From NCBI GenBank assembly GCA_973895155.1, contig OZ316898.1, positions 4,637,079 through 4,701,078 of the forward strand: 64,000 nucleotides of DNA, read 5' to 3'. Both the position numbers and the translations under genes were made by a program. Source of the DNA: Marsupella aquatica (taxonomy: Eukaryota > Plantae > Marchantiophyta). Below, piece after piece: positions 37,801 through 49,540 of this stretch. Under the pieces are notes generated by a model that was not told the origin of the DNA, did not search any database, and saw nothing but the letters and a program-made list of their open reading frames with translations. The number at the start of each line of letters is the position of its first letter. Position 1 is the stretch's first letter.

Positions 37801-37979
37801 TTCCGCTGTCGACACCACACCGTCCAAGTATGGATTTCCTCGTATCCCTTGCTCTGCTGCGATCTTTGGTACGGATAACTCGCAAAAGTGATATAACTCC
37901 GTTTCAGCTGAGAGTAACGGCTATCTGTCAAGAATGCCATGGTGTTAGAATAGAATTTCAAAGTAATTGTGACAGGCAT
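34812..37979 (-). CDS. PLS-class pentatricopeptide repeat protein with E1/E2/DYW cytidine deaminase domain (organellar C-to-U RNA-editing factor), moss PPR56-like
   Basis: 1055-aa intronless ORF with ~21 P/L/S motifs, PG box PGRSWIEV, HSEKLA, CSDCH and terminal CSCGDYW. The AGALEWVKEVH..LRVGNALVHMYAKSGSIDDAR repeats are typical of moss editing factors. Alternative ATG at 37940. Confidence 0.97.
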   Translation of the reverse strand: MPVTITLKFYSNTMAFLTDSRYSQLKRSYITFASYPYQRSQQSKGYEEIHTWTVWCRQRNPRAPEFNHKVTRKALWVDGRSTSTWVKARRKLITGSRLQSHASHGTRAWSQDAARGSGSRHMDNAGTTSEAMAVLMNRLQRGIPTDSYTYVQVLQMCWKQKDLLAAKQVHECIIESKMDKNPYVANTLLNVYISCGELLDARRVFDEFEKKNVLTWNMMIAGYAKSDHAGSALELFKLMRQEGARPNEVTYLSILKACANPLALQWGKEVHECIRHAGFESDVRVGTALLQMYAKCGCITEARRVFDKLNNRDFRTWTVMIGAYSASGNVDDARRLFERMRKRDLITWNMMIGAYAGSGRGVEAFRLFLEMRREDFEPDAITYLSILNASASGGALDWVKEVHGHAREAGLEPDLRVGNALVHMYAKSGSIDDARLTFDSLKKRNVITWNIIIGAYAERGRGEEAYRLFRQMRREGLEPKAVTYMTILNASASAGALEWVKEVHGHAIKAGLESDLRVGNALVRMYAKSGSIDDARLVFDRLKTLDVITWNIMIGAYAEGGRGEEAYRLFRQMRLEGLEPNAVTYLSILNASASAGALDWVKEVHGHASKSGLESDLRVGATLVHMYAKSGSLDDARLIFDRLKTLDVITWNIMIGAYAERGRHQEAYRLFRQMRREGLEPNAITYMSILNASESAGALDWVKEVHGHASEAGLESDLRVGNAIVHMYAKSGSIDDARLVFERMEKRDVVTWNTMIGALAQHGCGREALELFRKMNADLVKPTGTTFVAVLSACCHAGLVDDGRRLFLAMTQDYGIEPDVVQYNCMVDLLGRAGHLEEAKLFISDMPVEPDDVTWKALLGACKTYGSVELGELAAEELFKLEPNNAAAYVSLSNIYAAAGKWEKVSEVRTMMHKRGVRKEPGRSWIEVDNKIHEFVVGDTFHPEAKDIYTELNNLTEKLKVEGYIPDTQLVLQNIDEEDKELALCSHSEKLAIVYGLMRIPREKPICVYKNLRVCSDCHTATKFISKVTGREIIARDANRFHRFKDGVCSCGDYW

Positions 37980-38460
37980 ACCAGGTAGCTCAAAGAATCT
38001 ATAAGCTCGTTCGTACTACAGTAATCTTTTGCAGAGCAAGGAAGTGAGGAGTTGCTACGATCGTTCAAGTTCCACAACGTAAGGCCAGTACTTATGCTGG
38101 ACACGAAATGTAAACTCAAGGCCAATGCAAAATATCAGCATGAGCTCGTCAGTACCCCATACTGCCAGGAGGGAAAGCAGGTCCTTTGGCAACTCGGTGA
38201 TAAACAGCTTCTGTAGTTGTCCACAGTTGGAGACACTTCAACGAGGCAAGAGACAAAGTCAGAAAGCCAACTTACATAAGATCGATTTCTGCTCCCACGT
38301 CGGCGACGGCAAAATCATGCGATATAAAATACGCATATACTCTTGCGCGCTACGAAAAGAGGTATCACGTTAGTAAATCCGTCTTACGTACCATATAAAT
38401 CTCTTGCTGTAAAGTTCCCGCATCTCCCATCAAGTCTTGTGACCTAAATTAAATTACAGA

Positions 38461-38526
38461 TTCCGGAGGGGTTATGAGTCCGAGGTGGTTTTTCTTTGTG
38501 GACCTCGGACTCATAAACCTCCGGAA
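38461..38526. other. Near-perfect inverted repeat (25-26 bp arms, 15-nt loop)
   Basis: TTCCGGAGGGGTTATGAGTCCGAGGT ... ACCTCGGACTCATAAACCTCCGGAA. Confidence 0.9.
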
Positions 38527-38793
38527 AAGATAAATCCCGGGAGCTGATTTATTCGCTCATTAAGAAGACCCTGTCGCAGACATTCCAATGACAAAGACAC
38601 AAAATAAAGTCCTACAAATTGTGGAGAAGAATAGATCGACAGCCAACAAGAGCAAACGAAAGATAAACCCAGGGAGCTGATCACTTATTTCGCTCACTAA
38701 GAAGACCCCCTCTCTCAAACATTTCAACGACGAACACAAAACACAAAGCCCTAAAAAATGGGGGAGAAGAATAGGCTGACAGCCGAGAAGAGC
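38527..38793. repeat. Diverged ~133-bp tandem duplication in the PPR leader region
   Basis: AAGATAAA.CC.GGGAGCTGAT...TTCGCTCA.TAAGAAGACCC...GGAGAAGAATAG...ACAGCC...AAGAGC occurs twice. Confidence 0.8.
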
Positions 38794-39393
38794 GTACGGA
38801 GAAATCTCACCTTGTGGCAGACACAAAAGATGTCTCTGCCCTCTGCATTGTCGCTGCTGCTGACTGCTTGTATACTGACTTCAGCACGAAGCACTACTGC
38901 GAAACCCTAAACAAACGTATCTCGTCTGTCGGGCAGAATGACGGTTAGAAGACCCGACCTGATCCATCCCAACCCTGTGAAGCTCTAGTCTTGTTCGCAC
39001 GCCTTCTCACAACTCAATTTGAGGGCCGCTCCGCAAAACCATCGACCTTTCGTTCAGCCTTATTCAAGCTCGCCGTGAGCTTCAACCTGGTTAGGGAAAG
39101 GTTGTCAACCGAGCGAGGCAATGTTTCATCAACTTCGTCAGGAGGAAGTTCTTGCCTCCTATGTACTGAAGCATACTCGGCCATAGATGCAGTACTTACC
39201 TACCTGCATATCGAGTGGATTGAGTTCCGTCAACACAAACCAAACGTAGCGGAAAGCAGAAATGCAACAGAATAAATTTGGCACTCATCATATCAGAGTG
39301 CCTTCCGCAATCAATTCATCAGTTCCTCGCTATTCCTCGCTTTTTCATCGCAGATTTGGTGCGAGCTACTCGTAATCCATGCACAGGTAAGAA

Positions 39394-39580
39394 ACCTATT
39401 TGCTGAGAATCAAAACAAGTCTGGGCTAAATCAACCAGATGATCACACCAATGCCGGACTAACGTAACCAGATGGTAAAAAACACCTATTCGTTGAGAAT
39501 CAAAACAAGTCTGGACTAAATCAAACAAATTATCACACCTATTTGTCGAGAATCAGAACAAGTCTGGACTAAATCAACCA
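39394..39580. repeat. Three copies of a ~43-bp motif
   Basis: ACCTATT.G..GAGAATCA.AACAAGTCTGG.CTAAATCAA at ~39394, ~39485 and ~39537. Confidence 0.85.
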
Positions 39581-40278
39581 AATGCAACCAAATGCATGCA
39601 AAGATGCATTCATCCATTCCACAATAGAAAGCATAGTGTTTTAACTCCAATAAACTTCCTGGAAATGCGGGTCTGGAAAATCATGCTGACCTCCACTTGA
39701 TAGAATCTCCATTCGCGAAGCTCATCATGCTGACCTCGACTTGATAAAATCTGCATTCGCAAAGCTCTCAGCGATGGCACGAAGAAAAAATGGACGTAGT
39801 AACAAATGGAGGTCCGGAGGTGAAAAATTCCAATGTGCAATTGACGGTACAGCGCAGTAGTGTTAGAGATGCCACCGTCGGGAAATCTCCCGACCACCGT
39901 CGGTCAGGGTAACCCATCCCCTCGATGTGGTTATCTGCTATGGGTTGTCATACTTGAGGGTAGTCAGCCTGAGGGGTTTGGGCACTCCCACCGGTACACC
40001 ACCTCCCCATTTGAAGGTTTAGCAAATTGGAAACAAGATCTCGCAACTGGTTTGAGTACTGCCTCAAGGGTGAACCCCATTGGTCCGAGCACTCAAACAT
40101 GTTGTATAAATTTGAATTTGGGGCGCAACAATTTGTAGCAGTGGGATAGATGTGCTCACATCCAATCTTTGACGACCAGGCAGGATGGCAAACAGTTTGA
40201 GGGCCTCACCAGACCCACTTTTTGAGTGTAGGAGTATTTAGGAGGGTGGGGGGGCGGGAGGCAGATTGAGAAGAAGGT

Positions 40279-40508
40279 GGGTTCTGACTGCTATGTTTGC
40301 AATAACGGAGAACAAAGGGAGGCAATTTTTGGCTATGGGGAGCCAAGCCCACCTTAAGCTCTCCGGTCTGCTCTGTTGGCAAACCAATGAAAAAGGCGGG
40401 CTCTGATCGCTGTGTTTGCAATACACAAGAACAAAGGGAGGCCATTTTTGGCTATTGCGAGCCAAGCCCATCATAAACTCTCCGGAGTGCTTTGTTGGCA
40501 AACCAATG
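40279..40508. repeat. ~120-bp tandem duplication
   Basis: GGG.TCTGA..GCT.TGTTTGCAATA...AGAACAAAGGGAGGC...AGCCAAGCCCA...CTCTCCGG...TGTTGGCAAACCAATG occurs twice. Confidence 0.85.
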
Positions 40509-43500
40509 GGGGAGTGCTCTTACAGGACATGGTTCCCAAAGAGGGGATGGGATATTGAGCGTAAATTTGGTGAGTGAGTAGTGCAAAAACTACATATGTT
40601 TGTGGAAAGAGTGGCACTCTGATTCACACTAATAACATAGATTCAAATCAAAGAATCCCCTACCATTATTGTGACAAAGTAGGGTTGACACGCAAGTATA
40701 TCGCTCCACCAGAGTTTGGTTGGGGAAAAATAGTTTCTAGGCAGTTTTCAAACCAAAACAGGCTAACCGTGGTTATGACTCAGTGACCACCCCCTTAGGC
40801 TAGATGAGGCAGTATTAGGTTTAGGGTTTGCTTCATCATATGTACAAAGTGTACAGAGACTGTGTTGGACCCTCCTTCACTTCTTGTATTCAATGAGAAA
40901 CCCATGACTTTGTGCATGCCGAGTGTTTCCAAAAAACTTTACATACCGATACATTCTCATCCTACACACTTATGAATGCCAATTCCTTATTATTCCACAA
41001 ATGGATACAATGCCAGACTGAGCTTGTTAGTGTGATCCCATACTTGCTTCAGAGTAAACTCCAGACCATCCACACTTGCTGTGGTTACAATGCCTTGTTG
41101 GTAAATCCCAGCCGCTGCAAAATTCCATGCCCCAACCAACAGATCAGGAAAAAGTGCAGCCCTATGAGAAGTGTGATCAGTCCGTTGGCTTGCATCTCTT
41201 TACTCGGTCCACACTTTGATGTCCTGACAAGAGAGAATCTGCTCTGTTGAGTTCTAAATTTCCTACATCCCCTGTTTGATAAAAAACCGGCTGTCTTAAC
41301 TGGAGTTTCGGGGCCAATAGCCTAAGTGATTCAAACGCTAAAATTTATCCATCATGACAAAATCGGCCAGAAATATCAGAAACCGTTCGTACAGTAGATG
41401 ACAGGCAGAGTGGAGTTCCATTCCCGCGCTTCAATGACATGGGTCAACCATCAGAGCCCATTCACATGAAAGGAGGTACCCTGAACTAATGTAGAGACTT
41501 CAGTCGCATCACATTCGCAAACTAACGGACATCACATCGGCAGCTCATTTTCTGTGGCAGAAAATCAAACCCTAGTGTTGAGACAAGCTGATAGGAAACC
41601 CTTGTCACAAACTCACTGCTTCACCTACTACTCTAGAAACTGCGTCGCTATTGTTAGTGCCTTCAAAAATCCAAGTGCTAAGAAGATTGCAGGCAGCAAG
41701 TTACACAGCCGCGGATCCATCTTCTCAGGAGTAAATTGAAACATCTGACACTTCGTCTTGAACAGCAGATATTCAGAGTTAGACAAGGTTCCCCTTGATC
41801 AGCGCAAATCAATAGAATCCTTGTGACCATGTACCGTGTGCAGTTTCTCTGGTAACACAACATCCACCGTAAGTTTGATAAATGGAGTTTTGAAGCAAAC
41901 ATAAGCAGCTGGAGTGACAAAGTACTTCTGATCCAGTATGACAAGAAAACTTGCCAACAATCGGAGCAGCGACTTCTCTCCAGTGCACTGCGGGAAACGA
42001 AAAGGAATGAGAACACGAGTCCGGTGTGCCTGAGCACAAGGTTGATGGTCGTCGAGTGTGCAAAGCATTGTTCCCTGTAAATACGGCCTCTTCCACCCGT
42101 TAGCCGAATGAGATAGGTACGACTCGATAGACGTGCAAGGCTGATGTCACATACTTGTGCTCTAGATGCTATCTCTTGTGACGAGTAACCTGGCAAGAAA
42201 TACCCACTGGTACTGGGGAAGTCCGACACGGCTTGTCATATCCAGGACCTACGCAAGTTACATTTCTGAGGGAAGAAAGATGGCAGTCGTATGTCACAGT
42301 TCCATCACGATTGACCATCATCTTGGGTGTGAGAATGGTGGCACCACTTTCGCCGAGGCGTCTCCATGCAGCTTAGGGATTGGCGGCGGTAGTCGTAGCA
42401 GAAAGCCCCCAAAGCAAGCGTAACCAGTCAGAAGTTGCCTCTATATTTTATGAACATGCACAAGGTCATCTCAAGAAGACGATCCTTGGTCATTCCAGTG
42501 ATGACGAAGAATAGGAAAACAGATATAACGATCTGCAAAGACCAAACCCAGATATCCCAAGAAACTGAAAAAAAGGCCCCTCCCTCACTTTGCAAAGTAG
42601 CGGGGCAATTTTCGAACTGTATAGTAGTCCGCAAGACTCCTTCTCTGGAAATTCAAATCCGGTCCCACTCCGATTGCAGTATTGGATGCTCCGAGGGCCT
42701 GATAGATATCAATCGTGTATACAGCAGTAGAGCATTTAAAGTTTGACAAATGGATCCCTGAAAAAGTAAGAGGCTTCTTCTACAGCCAGGTTACTCTTTC
42801 AATATCCAAAACCTTAATGTCCAGTCCATTTGCTGCAGGCCATTGAGTTAGAAGTGACCGGCAAATAACCAGGTCAACACGCCCAGTCGAGAGTGGAGTA
42901 GCCGGAGCGATGCTACCTCATCTCTGATACGTGGACACAAACGCTGTAGTCAGGCTGCAAGTGGAATGACACTTCACATCAGGCTAGTTCAGGCCTGCCT
43001 TCAGCTACCTGAGAAAAATCCTGGAGAATGATGTATAAGCCCCCAAAACACTAAGACCTCTATTAGCTCATTGAGCAGCGGGATGGCTCAGTGAGTCAGT
43101 ATAGGAAGGTCCAAACCACACCGCAATTGCACTTCAGAAGACGACTAAATTGACTGACGCGACGACAGAGGACTTACAGTGACACAAGAGACACTCCCCT
43201 CCGTGTCGGTGCAATAGCTTTAGAGTAAATTGGCTTCATGTGTGGGAAGGTCTAAACTAATTTCATGATCGCGATTGTAATTCAGCTCCAGCTCCACCCA
43301 AGTACCTTCCTACCAAAACTTTCCAATCTTCACACGTTGTCTTCACAAAGATCTGTGTTCAAAGCCAAGGAGCCATCCCGGGCGAAAGGACATATAGACC
43401 TGCTCATACCGTTCTTCCTCAATCTTGTAGGAAACACTTGTTTTGTCCACAGTGCCCTTGGCCAAGGCAACCGTGGCAACCGTCTTGGTGGACACAATAG

Positions 43501-43796
43501 TAATAATCTGACCAGCTTTCTCTTCCAGTGACACGAGTTGAGCCACCCCAGATATCCAAGGCATAGGTACCACTCCAGGATTTCCAAGAATCGCTTTTAG
43601 GTTGCATATTGATCGCAATATACTCACGCAGGAGCTCACAAAAGATCAACCTATAGATCTCATTTCAAGGCTTATCAAGTTCAGTTGGTCGTTCCACTTA
43701 CCTTCTGATCAAAAGGCCATTCGGCGAGTCACGTCACACTACCCACAACCGTGCCCCACATCCAACATGTCCCACCAAAAGACTTCGTCGAGATGA

Positions 43797-46700
43797 TCAA
43801 GAAGACATGTTATCTACCATGTTATCCACCATGTTATCTACCATCTTGTCCACCATGTTATCTACCATCTTGTCCACCATGTTATCTACCATCTTGTCCA
43901 CCATGTTATCTTCCATGTTATCACGCCCCATCCTGTTATAATGATACTCGTCTGCCACGGAGTTGAGGTCACGGCGAGAACCCCGAGGAGTGTTTCCAGT
44001 TTCCTGTGCTTCCATGGTGGAAATATCCAAGTCAATTGAACCCGAACGGCTTTTATACTGTGCATGAGTATCCTCAGCGTCGTCAAGCGTTGGGGCCCCA
44101 ATGGAGGGCCTCACCAATTTCCTCCTTCCTCCGTTAGCATTGGCAAACCTACCGTGGTGAACGGGTATACGAGATTCATCACCAGAATTGACCAGTGATG
44201 CTTTCTTCCGTGTCCAGCCCTGAAGATCATTAGAAGCCTTACCCATTTCCTTGTCACTTTCCCCCGCATGATGATCATCATTCAGATAATCTTCGCCTTC
44301 AAGGACATCAGGTGAATTCTTGATATTCTCATCAAACCCTTCCGAGGCAGCTTCAATTTCACTCTCTGTCTGCTGTGGTCGTGGCTTCTTATTCTTGTGT
44401 CCATATGTGTCGTCTCTGCGTTCAAAGGATGAATTCATGCTCGGCCCTAGTCGACTGAAGACACGTCCCTTACCCTGTGGTCCAGGGCCCTTTTGTCCGG
44501 GACCTTTCCCAGGAAGACTAATACGGGACCAAACACTAGTCTTTTTCTTCCGACCCTGGCTGCTAGATCCACCGTTACCAAATGCTTCTTGTCCCCCAGA
44601 ACGGTAATTGTCTTTATCCAACATTGTCACAACCCTCTCATTCACCATTGTCACCACTCTTTCTGATCTTCCCCTTTCGGCTGTTTGTAGGTTAGCCTGT
44701 ATTTTGAAGACAGGTGCCTTGGCACCTCTCAAACTAGGCTCCCTAATGTACAAGTCCCTTGCCGGGACAGGTCGTTTCCGATTTATTGGGCTTGGGACTG
44801 GTTTGTTATTGGAAGTATTCTTCGTTGTTACAGTTCTAGACTGAAACTTTCCATTCGAGTAACTGTTTGACACAGGCCTGTTTGCCTCGTCGGCCCGCAG
44901 AACGCCGTACTCTTTGCGAGTTGCCTTCACCATATGCCTCGAATCCAGCCTCGAGTCATCATCATAGTCTTCGAGAGCTTCAGGGGATAATAGATGGTCT
45001 GGTATTGGCATTGAGGAGGAACCACGTAGAAGCGAACCTTTGGGAGGGGATACTGAGTACTCCTTCTCCTCTTCCTCGTCGTTGAGCCAAACCCTTCTTA
45101 ACCCTTTCGACTTCACGTCATGCAGGTGAGCAAGCTCTCCGGTTCCCATCTCCAATGGAATGTTGAGGTCGATATCATTGTGACGGCGTCTTCTACTGGA
45201 TAGATAGGACGATTCCTCCTTGTACACACCTTTCCCTGGTCGATCGTAAAGTTCATCGACGGATTCTTCGACCATTGGGTGCAAATCCTTCCAGGACGGG
45301 CTAGCAGAGAGGCCTCCTCTCTTGTACTCGTCGATAGGGCTCGGAGACAGTGCCTGCCTCTTCCTGTACAAAACATCTCTTGGGTCGACACCGTCCCTCC
45401 AGTTTGCTTCCGTCAGCCCTAGATTCCTCGAGCCAGAAAGATTACGAAGAGATGGTTGCTTCCCACGAGAAGTGGAGTAGGGAGAGGAACCTGTCGTTAA
45501 CCGGGTACTGACAGGCAAATCCTCTATGCCTTCGTCGTCTACAAAATCATCCAAGTCATCGAATGCTTTAGCAGGAAGGCTCTGAGCTGGTGGTTTCGAC
45601 GAGAAACGAGCAGCTTCCTGAGAATGGTACGGACCACTGAGCGATCTGGTATCCACTGTACCTCTCCTCCATCTCTCCTTCCGATACGACGTTTCATCTG
45701 ATATATTGTGAAACTCCTGGCTACTCTGGGACAGACCAGAATCCGAAACGCGTCGAGATGTGGGCAAGGATGCCTGCACATTGCGAGCTGTATCAACTTG
45801 ACCAAACGTTTGAAGCAGCTTCATTACCTGCAAAGATTTTATCGAAAGCCAAGCGACGTTCAACGATTGCAAAAGGTGACAACGGGAATGAAAACCAAGT
45901 AAACAGAGAGTATACATGTAATAGACACGGTTCCTGTGAATGATCGCAGTTTAAAAGTAAATGTCTGCCCCCATCGACAGAGAGATTGGATAGAGACTCT
46001 GTGGTCACAAAATGGACTGCTCAAATCTACCAGGGGAGTGGACTTCGAGGGCACCAACGTTGTCTCAAATAAGTTACACAAAAATCCAACTCTAGCTGTA
46101 ACCGTGGAGTGAGATCTTCGCCGTTTTAGTACCTGTTCCTTAGTGAGATGATTGGAGAAATTTATGGGGTCATAGTAAAGTTCGTGCAGGATCCCCTTGA
46201 ATTGTCTTTCGGTGAGTGGTAAACATTCCTTCACAATCCGAACACGTACCTGCAACAAAGCCCCAACACATTAGAAGCAAACATGAGGCGCATTCCACGT
46301 CTGATATCAAATCAGGGACCAAAACAGGGAATGTGTCACTATCCCTGTTCAAAAAGAACAGGATGGAAAACAAATATACAATGTATGACACCCATCCCCT
46401 CGGCTTTTGACCACCTTCTCGTTGTCAGCGACATCTCTCTCCAAAGCAATTAGACAGGGGAGGAAGAGTCCAGAAAGCAGAAAGAACGGTCTCTGGGAAA
46501 AAACACTGATGCTCCACAGGTGCACCAGCGGCTCCCACCGGTCACTAAACATTCTAGAATAGGTCCTCATGAATTCACAGACAGTCTCAGAGATCGTGAG
46601 AGTAAGTTTGAAGACTGTTTCGACCCAAGGTCTGTATGCACCCTGTCACAAAATTGAGGTGTGGGTGACCTAAAGTGTGGTTGACCTAAACATGAGTTGC

Positions 46701-47772
46701 AAGATCACGTCAGGTCAGGAAGAACAAAAGCACCCTATCTATGTCGAAGGAGAGCTATTCCAACTTCGCTCTGTTTCCGAAGAAGCAGGTCAAAAGTAAA
46801 GGGAATGTCTCAACTGTAAATCCCATGGGAAAAAGAAGTTAATCTGCACATTCAAAGGACCTAATAATAACAGTAATACATCATTGAGTAATATTCGACA
46901 CACGAGAATAACAGTAAGTCATCCAGATTAGCTTTATAGGAGACATAATAAGGCATCGACGACTCGAAGTCAGGAAGAAAGGAAAGATAAGGTGAACATA
47001 CCCTGGCAGGAAGTCCCTGAGGGGCTCGGTATGAATGCGACTCTGCCTGGAAGACGCCATGGAGCTCTCTCGCACTACGGTCAAACATGAAAATTTTGGT
47101 AGTCGGGCCTACTTGCTCTTCCAAACGCCGGTCGTCGATAGGCAAAACGAAATTCCCCAACCGTCTGGAGCATTCGGCGATCAAGCGTCTGGAACATTCG
47201 ACAATGAACCCAGGAAGGGAGTCCCTGGTATTAGAAACATTTTTCGTCACGGCATACCCGTCCACCTCGCGAAGGCTCCGAGCTCCGCTATCGTAGCCAA
47301 AGTCACCATAATTCCCATTCCTGACCAACTTCCCGTCGTCGGAATACGGAGCAGGTCGAATGACTCTTTCACCTCTGCTACTAAGGCCATCACGGAATCG
47401 ACCGCCACCCTCTGCTCGTAGTGGGGCTTCATCTCCACCCGGACCCAGTTTCCACAACGAACTATCCTCCCTGAATCCCCTTCGCTCCGTCATTGTCGCA
47501 TAGTGACTATTGTCACCGGCCCGATGGCGGTTCGCGTGCTCTACACTGCCACGGAACTTGCCTGGTGCGCCCGAGAAGCTCGGGACCCTGAGATCACTTC
47601 CTCTGCTGCTGCCTAGTCTAGTGTCTTCGTCCACAATTGCTTTGCCTCGGCTCGCGCGGGTGTTGTGGTCATTGGCCCCACTGTAGACAGGCTTTCTAGA
47701 CATCGTGCCATAGTGAGGAAGAGAAAATTCCTCTCTTGTATCGACGGCCCGTGGACCGCGTGCTCCATACAT
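43797..47772 (-). CDS. DCD (Development and Cell Death) domain protein with long disordered flanks, 3 coding exons
   Basis: Exons 47772-47002, 46249-46133 and 45827-43797 join in frame: LPGFIVECS..ECS..FVLP...VGPTTKIFMFDRSARELHGVFQAES...LPAR|VRVRIVKECLPLTERQFKGIL..YY....FSNHLTKEQ|VMKLLQTF. This is a divergent but recognisable DCD domain. Confidence 0.85.
43807..43925 (-). repeat. Coding 12-bp minisatellite (MVDN/MVDK)n at the DCD C-terminus
   Basis: About 9-10 units of ACCATGTTATCT/ACCATCTTGTCC. Confidence 0.92.
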
Positions 47773-49540
47773 GTTTGATTACCTTCACAAGTTCCTCGAC
47801 TAGTCACAAATCATCACTTTCTGCCTGCCCGGCTCCTCAAGTACCCTCCAATCCCCCTTGGTAACTACTGTACCGATCTACAAAGTCTAAAGACGAAATT
47901 CAGCAACCAGTTCAACACGGATATCAATCACGTCAACAAGAACCTGCCCCTCTTTGGTTCGCAGGAAGAGGAAGCGGAGGCGCGAGGCGGAGGCGAGGGC
48001 GCGACGGAGGCTGGTCGCGGAGGGAGGGCCGGGTGTTTGGGTGGGGGCAGCGCGCGTGTGCGCACCCCTAGCTTGGAGGTCCGGCGAAAAGTCTGAGACG
48101 CCTCATATTTGAGACGCCCTATTAATGCAGGCGGGTGGGCCTCGCCGGTGTGAGGTCAGCTCTTTCGAAACAATCGATAAAACTCTTTCCACAGAATCAG
48201 AAACTAACTAGACACAAAACAAAGTCACGAGGTCACTGACTAGACACTAGAACCGACCGAGAAAGACTGAGAAAATCTAAATCAATCCTGAGGATCAGCG
48301 GGAATGTAGCAAACCAGCAAGCGAAACACACCAATAATTTCGGGTACAGGAGAAGTAGCAATCAGCAGGAACTTAACCAAGAAACTAGGCTACAAACTAC
48401 AGTCGAACTAACAAGCAGAAAACGACCACACAATCCAAGAATAGTCTAAGGAGTAGTCCTAAACGACCTGATGAACACGAAGCCGAAACAACGGACCCTA
48501 ACAAACGAAACAACGAATGACAACGAAATCCTCATCACTAGCCCATTCTAGTCCCCCGCACCAAGAATCCTTCATCCCGTGATATCCAATTGGTAGTAAT
48601 CAAGCCGAACTGAACACTAATGGCTCCAATAAGTTCCTGGTCAAAGCAGTTCTCTCTGACGACGACGAAGGAGGAAAACGGATCATTGGAGGTCATCCGC
48701 GTGGTCAATCGCTCAACAGGCCGTTGAGTTCCAATCTTCCATACTGGCTCCAGAACAACGTTGCCTTCAACTCGAGGAGTTCATCATCAGCGGCGACGAC
48801 AACAGCGCCAATTAAAGCAGCAGCGGGAGGACGAGAAGAACCACCTACAGTTCCAGAGAGGATGTGCACCACATTCCCCCGAAAGAAAAGAAAGAAAGAA
48901 AGAGGTTCGCTGCACCTCTGTGTGGAGAGAGCTAAGTCAGCCGTGATTGTACACTCCTGGGCGCTGAGATGTTCACCTCATTCCTGTGACGCTGCTCCAC
49001 ATATGACACTCCCGGCCAGAACAGAACTCAGGAGATCCGTCAAGAGAACGGAGAACAATTCATTACTGTGTCAACATAACGGGCCGCCATCCAAGAGAGC
49101 CGACGATTTACAGACACAAACTTAACCAGCCGCGGCATCTTAAGAAAACCTACTGATCACGCGCGTACGAGAGATCGAGGAATTCATCAAAAGATACAAA
49201 ACGAGGCCGCCATGCGAGCGAGAGAAGCATCGTATGCATCGGTGAAAACTACAGCGAATGAAAAATTCCTCAAAAGAAGCTTTTCAGTTATGGAGCCGCC
49301 ATCATCACAGAGAGAGGATCATCAATGGCGCAGGGCAGAGCATAGCGGCACTAACTGGCTCCCTCCAGACCTCCACCTCTACTCACTGTACTGGTCGAGA
49401 AGTAAATGATGCCGCAGCGACAAGCCTCTCGAGTCCGGATGTGTGCGCCGACGATTGCTTCGACCAACAACGCACGCACATGTTTGTAAAGGGCGAGGAA
49501 GGTGAATGGCTAACCTCAGCAGCGCTGCGCGCGCGCGCGG

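Noticed and set aside
39394-39580. Three ~43-bp repeats with intervening sequence resembling a CRISPR array
   Set aside because: Eukaryotic context, no cas genes, and the spacers are unequal and related to each other; ordinary tandem duplication.
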